Shown: positions 1 through 12,700 of the stretch, piece by piece | Position numbering within the stretch: position 1 is the first letter of the stretch | Layout of the letters: each line of letters begins with the position of its first letter | Origin: Eledone cirrhosa | Taxonomy: Eukaryota | Direction of reading: 5' to 3' | Assembly (NCBI GenBank): GCA_964016885.1 | Contig: OZ024742.1 | Location: 144,708,001-144,772,000, forward strand | Length of the DNA stretch: 64,000 nucleotides | Translations under genes and position numbers: made by a program | Notes under the pieces: generated by a model | Told to the model about the DNA's origin: nothing | Database searches by the model: none | Seen by the model: only the letters and a program-made list of their open reading frames with translations

Positions 1-98
1 TCCAGATCTCTGGACCTTTCACACTTGTTGATTATCAACTGGCATTGAGTTAAAATTTACTTTGCCAAACATATTGTTGTTTTCTAAACTTGTCTGAA

Positions 99-155
<57 letters not shown>

Positions 156-161
<6 letters not shown>

Positions 162-607
162 TATGAAGAGAGAAGAAACATTTAGATATAATTAGTAATA
201 AAATGTATCATACCTAAACTGCTCCTAGATTCCTCGACTACGTAGTTTCGTGGCATAAACAAAAACAATACATCATAAAGATATAGAGTCCTTGCGAGGT
301 CTGCCGACTTATCAAGAGGATACCTCAAACAGGCTTAGCTCTGTTTCTCGACCGTTATATCGCGTGACTATCTCCCCCTCCGCCTTTTGGGATTCTTTCT
401 CACGTTGTGGAGACGCGTTCTTGAGACTAGTAAAATGAGGTATCCTCTTGATAAGTCGGCAGACCTCGCAAGGACTCTATATCTTTATGATGTATTGTTT
501 TTGTTTATGCCACGAAACTACGTAGTCGAGGAATCTAGGAGCAGTTTAGGTATGATACATTTTATTACTAATTATATCTAAATGTTTCTTCTCTCTTCAT
601 AATGTAT
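156..607. mobile_element. Fold-back element with ~172-bp inverted arms (156-327 / 436-607) beside (TA)n; each arm carries a hammerhead fold (probable solo inverted PLE pLTR)
   Basis: The arms are exact reverse complements by inspection, with a 108-bp spacer. The left end abuts (TA)n at 101-158. Confidence 0.75.
443..532 (+). ncRNA. Type I hammerhead ribozyme, U3-A8 core variant (mirror copy on the - strand at ~231-320)
   Basis: Stem I TCCTC/GAGGA; core TTGATAA; stem II GT(c)GGCA..TGCCAC with a long loop; GAA; palindromic stem III ACTACGTAGT; cleavage triplet GUC at 525-527. Confidence 0.7.
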
Positions 608-771
608 TTTTAACTCTGATACTGGTTCAGTCTGGTTCAACCGGATTGGTCTGTCCCAGTCATTCATTGAGCAACATCGGTGAAGTTGGCACCCTTAACT
701 CATGGTTGGGTGCGGATGCATTCATGTATATGTGTGTGTCCGCATGTATCTGTGTGTTTCTAAATATATTG

Positions 772-810
<39 letters not shown>

Positions 811-824
811 TTCAGACAAGTTGA

Positions 825-861
<37 letters not shown>

Positions 862-1399
862 CAAACCAGAGTATATATATATATAACGCACCAGAGTACT
901 CGGGTAGTAAAGTTAGGGTAGTAAAGTTTTTCCTATATATATATATATATATATAATTTGTGCGTATGTGTATATGTATGGATATAATGCATCTCCACGT
1001 ATGACCACAAGGGTATGTACCATTTTATGAAATGATTATTTTTTTAAATTGTGTATTTGTATGAAGACCAAGTGAAATCCACTCAAGCCCACCATCCCTC
1101 CTCATGCCATTAAGTACAATCAGAAACGAAACAACAGATAGAAGGAATAAGAGAAAGGAATTAGTCAGAATCGAACCCACTTCACTTAATTCGCATGCTG
1201 AAATCTTGCCAATACACTACAAAGTTCACACACAAGTAAATGACCTTAGAACATATCTGGCAAATAGTATGTTGCATTTATGCTAATACAGTTATATATC
1301 TATTTACATGCATATATTCATATAAATACAAACACTTGTCCATTATGGTAAATCTAAATATATATGTAGTTGCATAACACAGACTTGTATTTATACAAA

Positions 1400-1487
<88 letters not shown>

Positions 1488-1511
1488 ATATTTGTATATA
1501 TGTATAATATT

Positions 1512-1549
<38 letters not shown>

Positions 1550-2057
1550 AATATTATACATAAGCATAAATACATGCATACATACATACTTACGTACATA
1601 CACACCACCATCTGTTAACGACATCAATGGATCAATTCTGTATACACGAGGAAAACAGTATCATTCTAGTTAGAAAGGAACTCTTTGCAAAACATTCCCT
1701 TACTGGTAACAAAAAATACATACCAGAGAAGATTTTCTGCTTATCAGCAGAAGGTCAATACTATGTTCTCTGAATACTGCACAATGATAGTAATAGAGAT
1801 ATTTATAGTAATCTTTCTTTGATCAACAACTTGTATATTACCTCTCACTTTGACGTGTATTCTTTTATATTAAAAGAACAGGAAACAACAACAAAATACC
1901 TGATGTACAAAAGGGATAAAGATATGGCATCTGATGCAGGCTCATATTATAAACAGCTGTCCGAAAATGTTATCATTATCTACCTGTGAAGCCTGATGTA
2001 GTGGCCAACACACTATACAATGCAATCCATAGAAAGGGTAGTTACAATGATTTAGAG

Positions 2058-2620
2058 CAGCGGTGATCCGCAGACCACTGGTGGTCCGAGAGAATGTTTT
2101 GGTGGTCCGCAGAAAAATTTGGACCTTATTTGCAATTTTTATGTTTTATTAATCATGAAACAAAAAACAAAAATAATATTCGGTTAAAATATATTTTATA
2201 ACACCCCTAAAAATGTTTCTCCTCAGTAAAGAACTAACATCCATGAAAGAATTTTATACATATGTATATTTATCGACAATATGACACACGTACGCTTCAG
2301 TATTGTTTAATAAAATGGAAGTTCTCTGGTGGATTGGCAGTATCGGTAGAGGGTCAGATGCCATGCTTTGCAGCAAAGAGTTGCGACCCTTTATGGTCTG
2401 AATTCAAATCCCGCCGAGGTTAATTTTGCCTTTCATCCTTACGAGGTCGATAAAATAAAGTACCAGTAATGCACTGTGTAATTGCTGGCCTTGTGCCTAA
2501 AGTAGAAACAATTATTTTACAAATGTATTTATGTTTTTAAAAAAATTCATTTTAGTGCCCCGTAGGATTTAAGATTATGAATTTAGTGGTCCGTGAGGTC
2601 CAAAAAGTTGGCGACCGCTG
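2058..2620. mobile_element. Non-autonomous hAT (Charlie-like) DNA transposon with an internal SINE insertion
   Basis: Termini CAGCGGT.../...ACCGCTG; 8-bp TSD ATTTAGAG (2050-2057) / ATCTAGAG (2621-2628); repeated subterminal GTGGTCCG motifs. Confidence 0.7.
2328..2514 (+). mobile_element. tRNA-derived SINE (octopus-type)
   Basis: A-box-like TGGCAGTATCGG, B-box-like ATTCAAATCC, body GCCTTTCATCC..GTCGATAAAATAAAGTACCAG and tail GTAGAAACAATTATT. Many homologous copies occur in the window. Confidence 0.8.
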
Positions 2621-2849
2621 ATCTAGAGGATAGATTTATCCATAATATGGAATGATCTTGTTAAAATCTCTGTAAAATGTGTGCTATGTAAGCATAGCTA
2701 TGTAAGCATAGCTATGTAAGATAGAGAAAAAAATGTGTGCACAGTCGTAGAAGTCAATTTCGCAGCAAATCTTAACATTTTATCTTAGATATTAAATTAA
2801 AAAAACATTCTGGATGAAGGTCTAAGATATCTGTAAATACTTAACCCTG

Positions 2850-3300
2850 GGTGGCGAATTGGCAGAGCCGTTAGAACGTCGGACAGAATGCTTTGCGGTA
2901 TTCGTTCTGGCTCTCTGTGCTCTGGGTTCAAATATAACTGTTTCTACTTTAGGCACAAGGCCAGCAATCACCCAGTGAATTACTGATACTTTATTTTATC
3001 GACCCCGTAAGGATGAAAGGCAAAGTCAACCTCGGCGGGATTTGAACTCAGATCGTAAAGGGACGTAACTATGCTGGAAAGCATGGTGTCTGACCCTCTA
3101 CTGATACTGCCAAACTTTGCCTTTCATCCTTTCGAGGCCGATAAAAATGTACCAGACCAGTACTGGGTTGATTCTTCTTCTTTATCACTCTTTCTTTTTC
3201 TGTGTCCAGGCCTGGAGAGGAGAAGGGCTCTGCCAGGTTTAAAAATTCCCAGGAAAGCCCGTAATTCACTATGGTGCCTCTACGACTCCACCAAGAGTTA
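2850..3300. mobile_element. Nested SINEs: a + strand copy (2850-2935, 3113-3300) split by a younger - strand copy (2936-3112)
   Basis: The + strand head and body flank a complete reverse-complement SINE. Confidence 0.65.
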
Positions 3301-3494
3301 CGTGTTAAAGAAACGAAGTAAGATACTTATTCCAAACTATATCATTAGATTTATACCTGCAATTATTGGCGCATTTGGTTATGAAAATAATTGTCTCAGT
3401 ACCATCTTGATAAGCTGGTCTTTACAAAACCAGAAAATGTTAATTAGAAAATTGCAATTATAAACCATTCATGGACTGTGAAAATACGTAAAAA

Positions 3495-4012
3495 ATGAAT
3501 GGAGGGAGGGAGGGGGGAGGGATGGAGGGAGGGAGGGGGGATGGAGGGGTGCAGGGAGGGAGGGAGGGATGGATGAATGGATGGATGGATGGATGGAGGG
3601 ATGAATGAGTAGATGGATGGATGAATGAGTGGATAAATGAGTGGATGGATGGGTGGATGGATGAATGAGTAGATGGATGAATGGATGAATGAGTGGATGG
3701 ATGAGTGAGTAGATGGATGTATGGATGAATGAGTGGATGAATGAGTGGATGGATGGGTGGATGGATGAATGAGTGGATGGGTGGATGGATGAATGAGTGG
3801 ATGAATGAGTGGATGGATGGGTGGATGGATGAATGAGTGGATGAATGAGTGGATGGATGGGTGGATGGATGAATGAGTGGATGGGTGGATGGATGAATGA
3901 GTGGATGAATGAGTGGATGGATGGGTGGATGGATGAATGAGTGGATGAATGAGTGGATGGATGGGTGGATGGATGAATAAGTAGATGGATGAATGGATGA
4001 ATGAGTGGATGG
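3495..4012. repeat. (GGAT/GAAT/GAGT)n tetranucleotide-based satellite
   Basis: Direct inspection; it generates the spurious His/Pro/Ser ORFs. Confidence 0.9.
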
Positions 4013-4195
4013 CTGCACACACACAGTCAAAATATTAAAAGAGCGCAATCGTTCATTTCCTGAATATTGTTTTCTTATTTCTCATCGTAATAACCTTTTC
4101 AGTGATGACATATATGTGAAGCTACATTTCACTGCAGCTATCAGATAAGTAGTATTTCACCATTGTCTCCCAACTCGTCACCGTCATTATCATAG

Positions 4196-4976
4196 GGCGG
4201 TGGATTGGCAGTATCGTTAGAGGGTCGGACGCCATGCTTTGACGCATAGAGTTACGGCCCTTGCCATGATATAGTCTGTTGTGTCAGGTGGTGCCATATT
4301 TCTTGGTGGCAGGGCTCTTTGTGTATTGCTGTTGTTTGTTGTTGATGGTCGGACTGGCTACAAGATAACCTAGACACGTGTTGATTGCATGTCAAATCTA
4401 GGAGACATCTCATTTAGTGTTGTTATTTGTAATGGTTTCACACTTTCATTATTGAGTTATATTGAGTTCATTATTGAGTTATATTGAGGGCGGTGAATTG
4501 GCAGTATCGATAGAGGGTTGGACGCCATGCTTTCCAGCATAGTTACATCCCTTTACGGTCTGAGTTCAAATCCCGCCAAGGTTAACTTTGCCTTTCATCC
4601 TTACGGGGGTCGATAAAATAAAGTACCAGTAATGCACTGGGGTAATAGCTGGCCTTGTGCCTAAAGTAGAAACAGTTATTATCAGGAACAGCAGCCTCAC
4701 TATGAACATTACCTTGCTCTTTATCTTCATCATCTTTATAGCATCCTCATCAGTACTACAAGTTCCAACAAAATAACCACCATCATCTTTACTATTATTG
4801 TTATTATTCGGTAGAGGGTCGGACGCCATGCATAGAGTTACTTCCCTTTATGATCTTAGTTCAAATCCTGCCGAGGTTGACTTTGCCTTTCATCCTTACG
4901 GGGTCGATAAAATAAAGTACCAGTAATGTACTGGGGTAATTGCTGGCCTTGTGCCAACAAAGTAGAAACAATTATT
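4196..4976 (+). mobile_element. SINE cluster: head fragment 4196-4262, full copy 4488-4680, 5'-truncated copy 4808-4976
   Basis: Same family motifs as 2328-2514. Confidence 0.8.
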
Positions 4977-5394
4977 ATTGTTATTATCATTCTCATACTA
5001 TTCATTGTATTTACTACCATCGTCATCATCATCAGCATCATCTTCTTCACCATCATCGTCATTATCATAATCATCATCGTCGTCATCATCATCATCATCA
5101 TCTTCATCATCACCATTATCACCATCATAACCTCAACCACCCATTGTCACCATCTTCATCATCATCACCATTGTCACCCCCCCCCCCCCCCCCCCCACCA
5201 CCCCCACCACCGTCATCATCATCATCATCGTCATCATCATCATCGTCACCATCGTCACTCCCCCACCCCACCCCCATCGTCATTATTATCATCATCTTCG
5301 TCACCACCACCACCACCAAACCACCACCACCACCACCACCACCACCACCACCACCACCACCACCACCACCACCACCACCACCACCACCACCATT

Positions 5395-5426
<32 letters not shown>

Positions 5427-6732
5427 AGTCATAAGGATCTTTAATTACAACCATTACGCCACTGCCTTCAACGTTATCCTCATCATCATCATCACCACCA
5501 TCGTCATCAGCAGCAGTATCGTCATGGCGGCCATTCTTTTTTATCATGACCTCCAGCATTATCACTAGCCAGCTACTCAACCTATTCTACATTCTTTTAC
5601 TAGTGTCACCACCACCACCACCACCACCTGTACCACCACCACCACCACCACCAGTACAACCATTACAACCACCACCACCACAACCAGAACAACCATCCAC
5701 ACCACTACCACCATCACCACCACCACCACAACCACCAGTACAACCATCACCACCACCACCACCAGTACAACCATCACCACCACCACCATCACCACAACCA
5801 GTACAACCATGACCACCACCACCACCAGTTCAACCATCACCACCACCACCATCACCACAACCAGTACAACCATGACCACCACCACCACCACCAGTACAAC
5901 CATCACCACCACCACCATCACCACCACCACCATCACCACCACCAGTACAACCATCACCACCACCACCACCACCAGTACAACCATGACCACCACCACCACC
6001 AGTACAACCATCACCATCACCACAACCAGTACAACCATCACCACCACCACCACCACCAGTACAACCATCACCATCACCACCACCACCATCACCACAACCA
6101 GTAGAACCATGGCCACCACCACCACAACCAGTACAACCATGACCACCACCACCACCACCAGTACAACCATCACCATCACCACCCCCACCACCAGTACAAT
6201 CATCACCATCACCACCACCAGTACAACCATGACCACCACCACCACAACCAGTATAACCATGACCACCACCACAACCAGTACAACCATCACCACCACCACC
6301 AGACAATCCGTCACCACCACCACCACAACCAGTACAACCATCACCACCACCACCACCACCACCACAACCAGTACAATTATCACCACCACCACCATCACCA
6401 CCACCACCACCACCACAACCAGTACGAACATCACCACCACAACCACCAGTACAACCATGACCACCACCACCACCACCATCACCACCACCGCCACCACCAC
6501 AACCAGTACGAACATCACCACCACCACCACAACCACCAGTACAAACACCATCACCACCACAACCACCAGTACAAACACCACCACCACCACAACCACCATC
6601 ACCAGTACAACCACCATCACCACCACTATCATCATTACCACCACCACCAGTACAACAACCATCACCACCACCATCACCACCACCACCTCCACCACCACCA
6701 GTACGACCACCATCACCACCACCATCACCACT
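4970..6732. repeat. (CAT)n/(CAC)n microsatellites, then a C-rich ACC-based minisatellite (ACCAGTACAACCAT(C/G)ACC(ACC)n units)
   Basis: Direct inspection. Confidence 0.9.
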
Positions 6733-9700
6733 GATGATGGTGGTGTTGATGGTGCTGGTGTTGATGGTGGTGGTGTTGATGATGGTGGTATTGAAGGTGG
6801 TGGTATTGATGGTGGTCGTGTTGATGGTGGTGGTTTTGATGGTGGTCGTGTTGATGGTGGTGGTTTTGATAGTGGTGATGTTGATGGTGCTGGTGTTGAT
6901 GGTGGGGGTTTTGATGGTGGTGGTGTTGATGGCGGTGTGTTGTTACTGTTGGTGGTGTTGATGGTGGTGGTGTTGATGGTGGTGGTGTTGATGGTGGTGT
7001 GTTGATGGTGTTGATGGTTGTGGTGTTGATGGTGGTGGAGTTGATAGTGCTGGTGTTGATGGTGCTGGTGTTGATGGTGGTGGTTTTGATGGTGGTGGAG
7101 TTGATGGTGCTGGTGTTGATGGTGGTGGTGTTGATGGTGCTGGTGTTGATGGTGGTGGTGTTGATGGTGCTGGTGTTGATGGTGGTGGTTTTGATGGTGG
7201 TGGTTTTGATGGTGGTGGTGTTGATGGCGGTGTGTTGTTACTGTTGGTGGTGTTGATGGTGGTGGTGTTGATGGTGGTGGTGTTGATGGTGGTGGTGTTG
7301 ATGGTGGTGTGTTGATGGTGTTGATGGTTGTGGTGTTGATGGTGGTGGTGTTGATGGTGGTGTGTTGATGGTGTTGATGGTTGTGGTGTTGATGGTGGTG
7401 GTGTTGATGGTGGTGGTGTTGATGGTGGTGTGTTGATGGTGTTGTTGGTTGTGGTGTTGATGGTGGTGTGTTGATGGTGTTGATGGTTGTGGTGTTGATG
7501 GTGGTGTGTTGATGGTGTTGATGGTTTGGTGTTGATGGTGGTGGTGTTGATGTGGTGGTGTTGATGGCGGTGTGTTGTTACTGTTGGTGGTGTTGATGGT
7601 GGTGGTGTTGATGGTGTTGATGGTGTTGGTGTTGATGGTGGTGGTGTTGATGGTGGTAGTCTTGATGGTGGTGGTGTTGATTGTGTTGATGTTGGTCGTG
7701 TTGATGGTGTTGATGGTGTTGATGGTGGTAGTGTTGATGGTGGTGGTGTAGATGGTGTTGATGGTGGTGGTGTTGAAGGTGGTGGTGTTGATGGTGTTGA
7801 TGGTGGTGGTGTTGAAGGTGGTGGTGTTGATTGTGGTGGTGTTGATGGTGGTGGTATTGAAGGTGGTGGTGTTGATGGTGTTGCTGGTGGTGGTGTTGAA
7901 GGTGGTGGTGTTGATGGTGTTGCTGGTGGTGGTGTTGAAGGTGGTGGTGTTGATTGTGGTGGTATTGAAGGTGGTGGTGTTGATGGTGTTGCTGGTGGTG
8001 GTGTTGAAGGTGGTGGTGTTGAAGGTGGTGGTGTTGATGGTGGTGGTGTTGATGGTGTTGATGGTGGTGGTGTTGAAGGTGGTGGTGTTGATGTTGTTGG
8101 TGTTGATGGTGGTGGTGTTGAAGGTGGTGGTGTTGAAGGTGGTGGTGTTGATGGTGGTGGTGTTGATGGTGTTGATGGTGGTGGTGTTGAAGGTGGTGGT
8201 GTTGATGTTGTTGGTGTTGATGGTGGTGGTGTTGAAGGTGGTGGTGTTGAAGGTGGTGGTGTTGATGTTGTTGGTGTTGATGGTGGTGGTGTTGAAGGTG
8301 GTGGTGTTGAAGGTGGTGGTGTTGATGGTGGTGGTGTTGATGGTGTTGATGGTGGTGGTGTTGAAGGTGGTGGTGTTGATGTTGTTGGTGTTGATGGTGG
8401 TGGTGTTGAAGGTGGTGGTGTTGAAGGTGGTGGTGTTGATGGTGGTGGTGTTGATGGTGGTGGTGTTGATGGTGTTGATGGTGGTGGTGTTGAAGGTGGT
8501 GGTGTTGATGGTGGTGTTGATGGTTGTGGTGTTGATGGTGGTGGTGTTGATGGTGGTGGTGGTGTTGATGGTGTTGATGGTTGTGGTGTTGATGGTGTTG
8601 ATGGTGTTGGTGTTGATGGTGGTGGTGTTGAAGGTGGTGGTGTTGATGGTGTTGGTGTTGATGGTGGTGGTGTTGAAGGTGGTGGTGTTGATGGTTGTGG
8701 TGTTGATGGTGGTGGTGTTGATGGTGTTGATGGTGGTGGTGTTGAAGGTGGTGGTGTTGATGTTGTTGGTGTTGATGGTGGTGGTGTTGAAGGTGGTGGT
8801 GTTGAAGGTGGTGGTGTTGATGGTGGTGGTGTTGATGGTGTTGATGGTGGTGGTGTTGAAGGTGGTGGTGTTGATGGTGTTGGTGTTGATGGTGGTGGTG
8901 TTGAAGCTGGTGGTGTTGATGGTGGTGTTGATGGTTGTGGTGTTGATGGTGGTGGTGTTGATGGTGGTGGTGGTGTTGATGGTGTTGATGGTTGTGGTGT
9001 TGATGGTGTTGATGGTGTTGGTGTTGATGGTGGTGGTGTTGAAGGTGGTGGTGTTGATGGTGGTGGTGTAGATGGTGGTGGTGTTGATGGTGGTGGTGTT
9101 GATGGTGTTGATTGTGGTGCTGTTGATGGTGGTGGGGTTGCTGGTGGTGCTGTTGATGGTGGTGGTGTTGATGGTGTTGATAGTGTTGATGGTTGTGGTG
9201 TTGATGGTGGTGGTGTTGATGGTTGTGGTGTTGAAGGTGGTGGTGTTGATGGTGCTGGTGTTGATGGTGGTGGTGTAGATGGTGTTGATGGTGGTGGTGT
9301 TGAAGGTGGTGGTGTTGATGGTGTTGATGGTGGTGGTGTTGAAGGTGGTGGTGTTGATTGTGGTGGTGTTGATGGTGGTGGTATTGAAGGTGGTGGTGTT
9401 GATGGTGTTGCTGGTGGTGGTGTTGAAGGTGGTGGTGTTGATGGTGTTGCTGGTGGTGGTGTTGAAGGTGGTGGTGTTGATTGTGGTGGTATTGAAGGTG
9501 GTGGTGTTGATGGTGTTGCTGGTGGTGGTGTTGAAGGTGGTGGTGTTGATGGTTGTGGTGTTGATGGTGGTGGTGTTGATGGTGGTGGTGTTGATGGTGG
9601 TGGTGTTGATGGTGGTGGTGTTGATGGTGTTGATGGTGGTGGTGTTGAAGGTGGTGGTGTTGATGTTGTTGGTGTTGATGGTGGTGGTGTTGAAGGTGGT

Positions 9701-12700
9701 GGTGTTGAAGGTGGTGGTGTTGATGGTGGTGGTGTTGATGGTGTTGATGGTGGTGGTGTTGAAGGTGGTGGTGTTGATGTTGTTGGTGTTGATGGTGGTG
9801 GTGTTGAAGGTGGTGGTGTTGAAGGTGGTGGTGTTGATGGTGGTGGTGTTGATGGTGGTGGTGTTGATGGTGTTGATGGTGGTGGTGTTGAAGGTGGTGG
9901 TGTTGATGGTGGTGTTGATGGTTGTGGTGTTGATGGTGGTGGTGTTGATGGTGGTGGTGGTGTTGATGGTGTTGATGGTTGTGGTGTTGATGGTGTTAAT
10001 GGTGTTGGTGTTGATGGTGGTGGTGTTGAAGGTGGTGGTGTTGATGGTGTTGGTGTTGATGGTGGTGGTGTTGAAGGTGGTGGTGTTGATGGTTGTGGTG
10101 TTGATGGTGGTGGTGTTGATGGTGTTGATGGTGGTGGTGTTGAAGGTGGTGGTGTTGATGTTGTTGGTGTTGATGGTGGTGGTGTTGAAGGTGGTGGTGT
10201 TGAAGGTGGTGGTGTTGATGGTGGTGGTGTTGATGGTGTTGATGGTGGTGGTGTTGAAGGTGGTGGTGTTGATGGTGTTGGTGTTGATGGTGGTGGTGTT
10301 GAAGCTGGTGGTGTTGATGGTGGTGGTGTTGATGGTAGTGGTGGTGTTGATGGTGTTGATGGTTGTGGTGTTGATGGTGTTGATGGTGTTGGTGTTGATG
10401 GTGGTGGTGTTGAAGGTGGTGGTGTTGATGGTGGTGGTGTAGATGGTGGTGGTGTTGATGGTGGTGGTGTTGATGGTGTTGATTGTGTTGATGGTTGTGG
10501 TGTTGATGGTGGTGGTGTTGATGGTTGTGGTGTTGAAGGTGGTGGTGTTGATGGTGCTGGTGTTGATGGTGGTGGTGTTGATGGTGTTGGTGTTGATGGT
10601 GGTGGTGTTGGTGTTGATGGTGGTGGTGTTGATGGTGTTGATGGTGGTGGTGTTGAAGGTGGTGGTGTTGATGGTGGTGGTGTTGATGGTGTTGATAGTG
10701 TTGATGGTTGTGGTGTTGAAGGTGGTGGTGTTGATGGTGTTGGTGTTGATGGTGGTGGTGTTGATGGTGTTGGTGTTGATGGTGGTGGTGTTGATGGTGT
10801 TGGTGTTGATGGTGGTGGTGTTGAAGTTGGTGGTGTTGATGGTGGTGGTGTTGATGGTGTTGATGGTGGTGGTGTTGAAGGTGGTGGTGTTGATGGTGTT
10901 GGTGTTGATGGTGGTGGTGTTGAAGGTGGTGGTGTTGATGGTGGTGGTGTTGATGGTGGTGGTGTTGATGGTGGTGGTGTTGATGGTTGTGGTATTGGTG
11001 GTGGTGGTGTTGATGGTGTTGATGGTTGTGGTGTTGATGGTGTTGATGGTGGTGGTGTTGATGGTGGTGGTGTTGAAGGTGGTGGTGTTGATGGTGTTGA
11101 TGGTGGTGGTGTTGATGGTGTTGAAGGTGGTGGTGTTGATGGTGTTGGTGTTGATGGTGTTGGTGTTGATGGTGGTGGTGTTGATGGTGCTGGTGTTGAT
11201 GGTGGTGGTGTTGATGGTGGTGGTGTTGAAGGTGGTGGTGTTGATGGTGGTGGTGTTGATGGTGGTGGTGGTGTGGGTGTTAATTGTGGTGCTGTTGATG
11301 GTGGTGGGGTTGCTGGTGGTGGTGTTGATGGTGGTGGTGGTGGTGTTGATGGTCTTGATGGTGTTGATGGTGTTGATGGTTGTGGTGTTGAAGGTGGTGG
11401 TGTTGATGGTGTTGGTGTTGATGGTGGTGGTGTTGATGGTGTTGGTGTTGATGGTGTTGATGGTGTTGGTGTTGATGGTGGTGGTGTTGTTGGTGGTGGT
11501 GTTGATGGTGTTGATGGTGGTGGTGTTGAAGGTGGTGGTGTTGATGGTGTTGGTGTTGATGTTGAAGGTGGTGGTGTTGATGGTGGTGGTGGTGGTGTTG
11601 ATGGTGTTGATGGTTGTGGTGTTGATGGTGGTGGTGTTGATGGTTGTGGTGTTGAAGGTGGTGGTGTTGATGGTGCTGGTGTTGATGGTGGTGGTGTAGA
11701 TGGTGTTGATGGTGGTGGTGTTGAAGGTGGTGGTGTTGATGGTGTTGATGGTGGTGGTGTTGAAGGTGGTGGTGTTGATTGTGGTGGTGTTGATGGTGGT
11801 GGTATTGAAGGTGGTGGTGTTGATGGTGTTGCTGGTGGTGGTGTTGAAGGTGGTGGTGTTGATGGTGTTGCTGGTGGTGGTGTTGAAGGTGGTGGTGTTG
11901 ATTGTGGTGGTATTGAAGGTGGTGGTGTTGATGGTGTTGCTGGTGGTGGTGTTGAAGGTGGTGGTGTTGATGGTTGTGGTGTTGATGGTGGTGGTGTTGA
12001 TGGTGGTGGTGTTGATGGTGGTGGTGTTGATGGTGGTGGTGTTGATGGTGTTGATGGTGGTGGTGTTGAAGGTGGTGGTGTTGATGTTGTTGGTGTTGAT
12101 GGTGGTGGTGTTGAAGGTGGTGGTGTTGAAGGTGGTGGTGTTGATGGTGGTGGTGTTGATGGTGTTGATGGTGGTGGTGTTGAAGGTGGTGGTGTTGATG
12201 TTGTTGGTGTTGATGGTGGTGGTGTTGAAGGTGGTGGTGTTGAAGGTGGTGGTGTTGATGGTGGTGGTGTTGATGGTGGTGGTGTTGATGGTGTTGATGG
12301 TGGTGGTGTTGAAGGTGGTGGTGTTGATGGTGGTGTTGATGGTTGTGGTGTTGATGGTGGTGGTGTTGATGGTGGTGGTGGTGGTGTTGATGGTGTTGAT
12401 GGTTGTGGTGTTGATGGTGTTGATGGTGTTGGTGTTGATGGTGGTGGTGTTGAAGGTGGTGGTGTTGATGGTGTTGGTGTTGATGGTGGTGGTGTTGAAG
12501 GTGGTGGTGTTGATGGTTGTGGTGTTGATGGTGGTGGTGTTGATGGTGTTGATGGTGGTGGTGTTGAAGGTGGTGGTGTTGATGTTGTTGGTGTTGATGG
12601 TGGTGGTGTTGAAGGTGGTGGTGTTGAAGGTGGTGGTGTTGATGGTGGTGGTGTTGATGGTGTTGATGGTGGTGGTGTTGAAGGTGGTGGTGTTGATGGT

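Larger units (their letters stand above)
1600..3490 (+). pseudogene. Decayed 3' part of an R4/Dong-like RLE non-LTR element, interrupted by a hAT MITE and SINEs
   Basis: Broken frames read YITSHF..IKEQETTTKYLMYKR (~1834-1915), DREKNVCTVVEVN (~2720-2760) and FIPAIIGAFGY (~3350-3383). These parallel motifs in the 21024-21782 ORF. Confidence 0.6.

Noticed and set aside
1155-1225. tRNA-like sequence on the - strand (GGTTCGATTC)
   Set aside because: Acceptor and anticodon stems do not pair; probably a SINE head relic.
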